From NCBI GenBank assembly GCA_963753595.1, contig CAVWCX010000031.1, positions 1-12,851 of the forward strand: a stretch of 12,851 nucleotides of DNA, in the 5' to 3' direction. This document shows, piece by piece, positions 9,479 through 12,851 of the stretch (positions are counted from its first letter, which is position 1; every line of letters starts with the position of its first letter). The notes under the pieces are model-generated. The model was not told the DNA's origin, did no database searches, and worked only from the letters and a program-made list of their open reading frames with translations. The stretch comes from Candidatus Methanoperedenaceae archaeon. GTDB lineage: Archaea; Halobacteriota; Methanosarcinia; Methanosarcinales; Methanoperedenaceae. The position numbers were made by a program, and so were the translations under genes.

Positions 9479-9601
9479 CTACTTGATTAGCTCCATATCC
9501 TCGCCACAACAGACAAGGGTTCCTCCGCCTGCTTTTGTTACAACTACCTCATTTCCGCAGATGTTACACCTATATTTTTCACCGGTTTTGTCTACGCCCA
9601 T
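9479..9601 (-). CDS. Desulforedoxin (stand-alone desulfoferrodoxin FeS4 iron-binding domain), 40 aa
   Basis: Manual translation [40 protein letters not shown] shows the C-x2-C-x15-CC Dx motif; strong SD AGGAGG at 9610-9615. Too short for the ORF track. Confidence 0.95.
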   Translation of the reverse strand: MGVDKTGEKYRCNICGNEVVVTKAGGGTLVCCGEDMELIK

Positions 9602-9671
9602 TAATTTAACCTCCTGATTATACATTATTTATGGAGAAACTATTTAATCTTTTACACTATTTAAATTTTAC

Positions 9672-10331
9672 ATGGAGTCGCTACGCAGGAACACTCAATT
9701 GATCATGGCACTGGATGTCACTGATAAGAAAAAAGCCCGGGCCATATCAAAAGAGACTGCCCACCATGTTGATGCAATTAAGATCGGCTATCCGCTTGTG
9801 CTGGGCGCAGGATTGGAGATCATCAATGACATAAGCGAATTTGCACCTGTAATTGCCGATTTTAAAGTCGCTGACATTCCGAATACGGACAGGCTGATAT
9901 GCAGCCAGACCTTTGAGGCTGGCGCAAGCGCGGTTATCGTTCATGGTTTTACAGGACGGGACAGCATTCTGGAATGCGTTAAAACAGCGAAAGATTTCCA
10001 GGCAGATATATTTGTGGTCACGGAAATGAGCCATCCCGGCGCTGTCGAATTCATGCAGCCAAAAGCCCTCGAACTTGCCGCCCTTGCCCGAGAATGCAAA
10101 GCTTCAGGTGTTGTAGCTCCTGCCACGCGCCCGGAAAGGGTAAGACAAATACGCGATGTTGTTGGTGACCTTGCGATCATTTCACCCGGTGTTGGTACGC
10201 AGGGTGGAAACGCCGCAGATGCGATACGAGCGGGTGCTGATTATGTTATTGTGGGCAGAAGCATTTATAATTCCAGGAATCCGGGAATAGAAGCTGAAAA
10301 GATAGTGAAAGAGATAGAAAAGTGCCGATGA
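9672..10331 (+). CDS. pyrF: Orotidine-5'-phosphate decarboxylase
   Basis: [23 protein letters not shown] (DxKxxD), [33 protein letters not shown]. Confidence 0.98.
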   Translation: MESLRRNTQLIMALDVTDKKKARAISKETAHHVDAIKIGYPLVLGAGLEIINDISEFAPVIADFKVADIPNTDRLICSQTFEAGASAVIVHGFTGRDSILECVKTAKDFQADIFVVTEMSHPGAVEFMQPKALELAALARECKASGVVAPATRPERVRQIRDVVGDLAIISPGVGTQGGNAADAIRAGADYVIVGRSIYNSRNPGIEAEKIVKEIEKCR

Positions 10332-10380
10332 TGAGAAAAATCATGGCTGAATTGTGATGAGCCCTATGAGTACTGAGGCA
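10323..10380 (+). ncRNA. Box C/D guide sRNA, predicted pre-tRNA-Met C34 2'-O-methylation guide (sR-tMet-like)
   Basis: Box C ATGATGA 10328-34; 12-nt guide; box D' CTGA 10347-50; box C' GTGATGA 10354-60; 12-nt guide GCCCTATGAGTA; box D CTGA 10373-76; terminal stem TGCC/GGCA. Confidence 0.93.
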
Positions 10381-10706
10381 GATAATCTAGATGTAGATAG
10401 GTCAATTGACATTGATTTTTCCAAACACTATTTTTCGGCTTTTTGAGGAGTTTAACGAAATATCTTCTTCCGGTCAGTCTCAAGAAATTACTTCTGTAGG
10501 GCTCTGCTTTATCTGTCTTGAATACTCCTATATTTATGGGTCAATTTTCATCACAATTAGTAGTTAGTCGTCTCTACTAACGTATTCTGGATTCATTCCC
10601 AAGGAGTAAATATAAAATTATAGATAACTCGCTAAGTGCTCTGTTCTTCACACGTTTGTTTATAGCCATGTGAAATTAAGTTTATTAAGTTAAAGAGAGA
10701 GAGATT

Positions 10707-10805
10707 ATGGTAAAATCAATAAATCTTGTAATAATTATCGGGCTTGCAATTGTTTTTTCGAATTGTAGACAGAAAAAAGGTTATGAACGATTTAGGCAAA
10801 CATGA
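10707..10805 (+). CDS. 32-aa micro-ORF with a lipoprotein-type signal peptide, or the 5' remnant of a lipoprotein gene
   Basis: MVKSINLVIIIGLAIVFSNCRQKKGYERFRQT: basic n-region, hydrophobic core, FSNC lipobox-like site. Its stop overlaps the next start (ATGA), and TTTATTAA lies at 10681-10688. Confidence 0.35.
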   Translation: MVKSINLVIIIGLAIVFSNCRQKKGYERFRQT

Positions 10806-11983
10806 AAACTTATTGTGGTTCCAATGCAGGCTCTCAGATAGAACCTGTTTTATGGAATGCAAAAGAATCTGTTTGGATCATAAGTCCTTGGTTAGGAAAG
10901 GATTATGCAAGCCGTCTTGCATCGTTGTCCCAAAAAGGGATAGAAGTAAGGATTATCACAAGTTATGTTGATTATAACACTGATTCTATCGAAATTCTCA
11001 AAGCTTCTGAGAATTCAAGCCTTATATTGATGGTTTTGGACAAAGAGAAGGTTGCTTTTATTCACGCTAAAATTTACATTATAGACAACAAATATGGTTT
11101 CTCAGGGTCAGCAAACTTTACTCCCAGCGGGATGAATTTCAATGTTGAAAATCTGAACATGACTGAAACAAACGAGGAAGTACAAAAGATAAAAAATGAC
11201 TTCATGAACTTATGGATGACTTTAGATAGAAAAAGCATGTCAAATGAAGATTTATCTGCTGGGAAGCTAAATTCTGGGAGTTCTCATTCAATAAGAAATG
11301 CATTGCCACTGTCTATCACCATTGAAAATTTTATGGAAAATCCTGATATCAAAGGGAAGGAACTTGTTTATCATCCTTATTATTTCTTTGAATTTAGCTT
11401 TAGAGCATCGCTGGGAAAATCTCCGCCAATACTGTTTGAAAATAGTGGTTTTGTAGTGTTAGATGCGTTAAATTGTATGGTTATCAATGATAATTTGTTA
11501 GAGATTAGACATCAGGTGATAAAAGACTATGTTCTAAAGACCAATGACAAATATCGTTTGAAAATTCATGTACCAATCATTCGTGACTTTCGAGAAGCAA
11601 AAGAACTGGTTTTAGATCACATCATAAAGAACAATACCCAACACTACACACAAAATACTAAACGCGGGTCTTATGATAAAATATTTGTTCCGTACGGAAG
11701 CATTATCAGGTTCATAAGAAGTGGTTTTGTCCAAGTACCCGTATGGCATATCGAAATTATTGAATCAGAAAGAAGACACTACGAAAATGTTATTCTTGGG
11801 GCAAATGGCAAGAAATGGGGCGAGTATATCTACTGTCCTGAATGCCAAGAGAAAATCTGGTTTAATGAAGCGATTATCTGTGAAAGATGTGGTACAAAAG
11901 TTTGTCGTGATTGCATCAAAAAGAAAGGGTTCATTTTCACGGAAAAACTATGTGTATCATGCATATCACATAGTTACCTTTGA
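10802..11983 (+). CDS. Single-HKD phospholipase D-superfamily (Nuc-like) protein with C-terminal 8-Cys zinc finger
   Basis: IISPW..GIEVRII, exact HxKx4Dx6GSxN (HAKIYIIDNKYGFSGSAN), downstream NVE; C-terminal Cx2C-x11-Cx2C-x4-Cx2C-x12-Cx2C. Confidence 0.9.
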   Translation: MKTYCGSNAGSQIEPVLWNAKESVWIISPWLGKDYASRLASLSQKGIEVRIITSYVDYNTDSIEILKASENSSLILMVLDKEKVAFIHAKIYIIDNKYGFSGSANFTPSGMNFNVENLNMTETNEEVQKIKNDFMNLWMTLDRKSMSNEDLSAGKLNSGSSHSIRNALPLSITIENFMENPDIKGKELVYHPYYFFEFSFRASLGKSPPILFENSGFVVLDALNCMVINDNLLEIRHQVIKDYVLKTNDKYRLKIHVPIIRDFREAKELVLDHIIKNNTQHYTQNTKRGSYDKIFVPYGSIIRFIRSGFVQVPVWHIEIIESERRHYENVILGANGKKWGEYIYCPECQEKIWFNEAIICERCGTKVCRDCIKKKGFIFTEKLCVSCISHSYL

Positions 11984-12039
11984 TCGTTGGTATTTATGTC
12001 ATTACGAATTGAGAAAATTAACGAAACATTATGAAAACT

Positions 12040-12244
12040 TCTCTTTGCGTAAGTGTGTGAATTTCCACTGGATTCAAGCTTTACCGATTATTTATTGTAT
12101 TTAGAAAGAAGCGTCAGAGGGATTTTAGAGGCTAAAGCCGAAGGAACAACTTTAGGCATCGTATCAGAACAGACAGAAAAATATTTGACGGGTATTCCGG
12201 GTGGGCTTCCAAAAATGCAGGAATCTCCTCCTTTTTCCTATGAG
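12040..12244 (+). pseudogene. hsdR: Degenerate N-terminal nuclease fragment of a type I restriction subunit R
   Basis: SLCV-(frameshift)-VCEFPLDSSFTDYLLYLERSVRGILEAKAEGTTLGIVSEQTEKY..PPFSYE resembles the HsdR pattern GVAVREFPL..GFADYLL..GVIEAK..QxxxY..PFAYE. No start region and no helicase domains follow. Confidence 0.75.
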
Positions 12245-12531
12245 AAACATAATATTTTATCGGCAGGTGCATTGAATTTACTCTATGCAACCGTTGTCCG
12301 TATTTGTCTTTAAGATCATAATAATATTGCGCAGCTTGCTTTTTTGTTTTAAAGTAATCAAAACATTTTTGTATGCCATCGATTAAAAGTTCAAAGAAAA
12401 TATGGCAATTCCATAAAATGAAATAGCTAAGCTGCAATAAAAAAAAGGTCATATAAGCACGATTATGGTTATATGCAGTTTTACTATTTGAATAGTTAAC
12501 TACTTGATATTATAAATCAAAATATTCCCTC

Positions 12532-12732
12532 ATGAATATAGAGATCTCACCTGAATTGGAAAAGGTTTTTAAAAAATATGTTCTTGAAAAACATGGAGAA
12601 TTAGGCGGGAAATTAGGGGAAGAAATGGAAAAGGCAATATCATTGTACCTGGTCCATCAGAGCACCTTGAAATCGTATGTTAAAAAGAAGAAAGCCAAAT
12701 TAGAAGCGTACAGGAAAGAACAGACCACATGA
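12532..12732 (+). CDS. Small ribbon-helix-helix (CopG/MetJ-like) DNA-binding protein
   Basis: Beta strand MNIEIS, helix PELEKVFKKYVLEKHG, helix KLGEEMEKAISLYL, basic tail; TATA-like TTATAA about 20 nt upstream. Fold assigned by pattern only. Confidence 0.65.
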   Translation: MNIEISPELEKVFKKYVLEKHGELGGKLGEEMEKAISLYLVHQSTLKSYVKKKKAKLEAYRKEQTT

Positions 12733-12851
12733 GCAAATCCCAGAAGGTGGTATCAAGAAGCATTATGACTCGGCAGCCCAATCTCCCACATGATATAGCA
12801 GCTCATTTTTACACTAGGTTTACCAATATTGTCTTACAATCTTTCAGGTGA
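12729..12851 (+). CDS. Possible 40-aa hypothetical ORF overlapping the RHH stop
   Basis: ATGA overlap; MSKSQKVVSRSIMTRQPNLPHDIAAHFYTRFTNIVLQSFR ends at TGA 12849-12851. No recognisable motif. Confidence 0.2.
   Translation: MSKSQKVVSRSIMTRQPNLPHDIAAHFYTRFTNIVLQSFR

Noticed and set aside
2524-10180. Antisense and alternate-frame ORFs over nac, ftsZ, ferredoxin, NOG1, thiDN, methyltransferase, thrC and pyrF
   Set aside because: Each largely overlaps a well-supported gene and lacks motifs.
10350-10558. 11-bp inverted repeat aattgtgatga/tcatcacaatt as MITE ends
   Set aside because: The left copy is explained as box C' of the sRNA, there is no target-site duplication, and a chance match is plausible in AT-rich DNA.
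11996-12050. MSLRIEKINE.. resembling the start of a GNAT toxin
   Set aside because: Only about 12 codons; too short to support.
10744-12104. Alternate-frame ORFs 10744-10971 and 11721-12104
   Set aside because: Out-of-frame overlaps of the PLD gene without motifs.
12132-12452. 106-aa minus-strand ORF
   Set aside because: It overlaps the hsdR relic, starts in a homopolymer tract and matches no family I recognise; part may be another gene fragment.

Overview
Archaeal chromosome segment, most likely Ca. Methanoperedens (ANME-2d, Methanosarcinales): the 16S gene matches the two ANME-2d 641/834 probe sequences as I recall them. The left end is the 5' part of an rRNA operon on the minus strand: two tandem promoters, leader, 16S, tRNA-Ala(UGC), with a clean bulge-helix-bulge (BHB) processing stem. 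The middle is mostly housekeeping: nac, an IscA/HesB carrier, a divergent FtsZ2-like paralogue, a Tat-signal 2[4Fe-4S] ferredoxin, NOG1 GTPase, ThiDN, a SAM methyltransferase, thrC, a 40-aa desulforedoxin absent from the ORF track, and pyrF. Two non-coding elements stand out. One is a textbook C/D-box sRNA overlapping the pyrF stop, whose D guide predicts 2'-O-methylation of C34 in intron-containing pre-tRNA-Met. The other is a roughly 195-nt densely structured region between ftsZ and the ferredoxin gene. After about 10400 the DNA looks AT-richer and accessory. It holds a single-HKD PLD-nuclease/Zn-finger fusion preceded by an overlapping lipoprotein-like micro-ORF, a decayed type I hsdR fragment and an RHH regulator, which together suggest a defence island.
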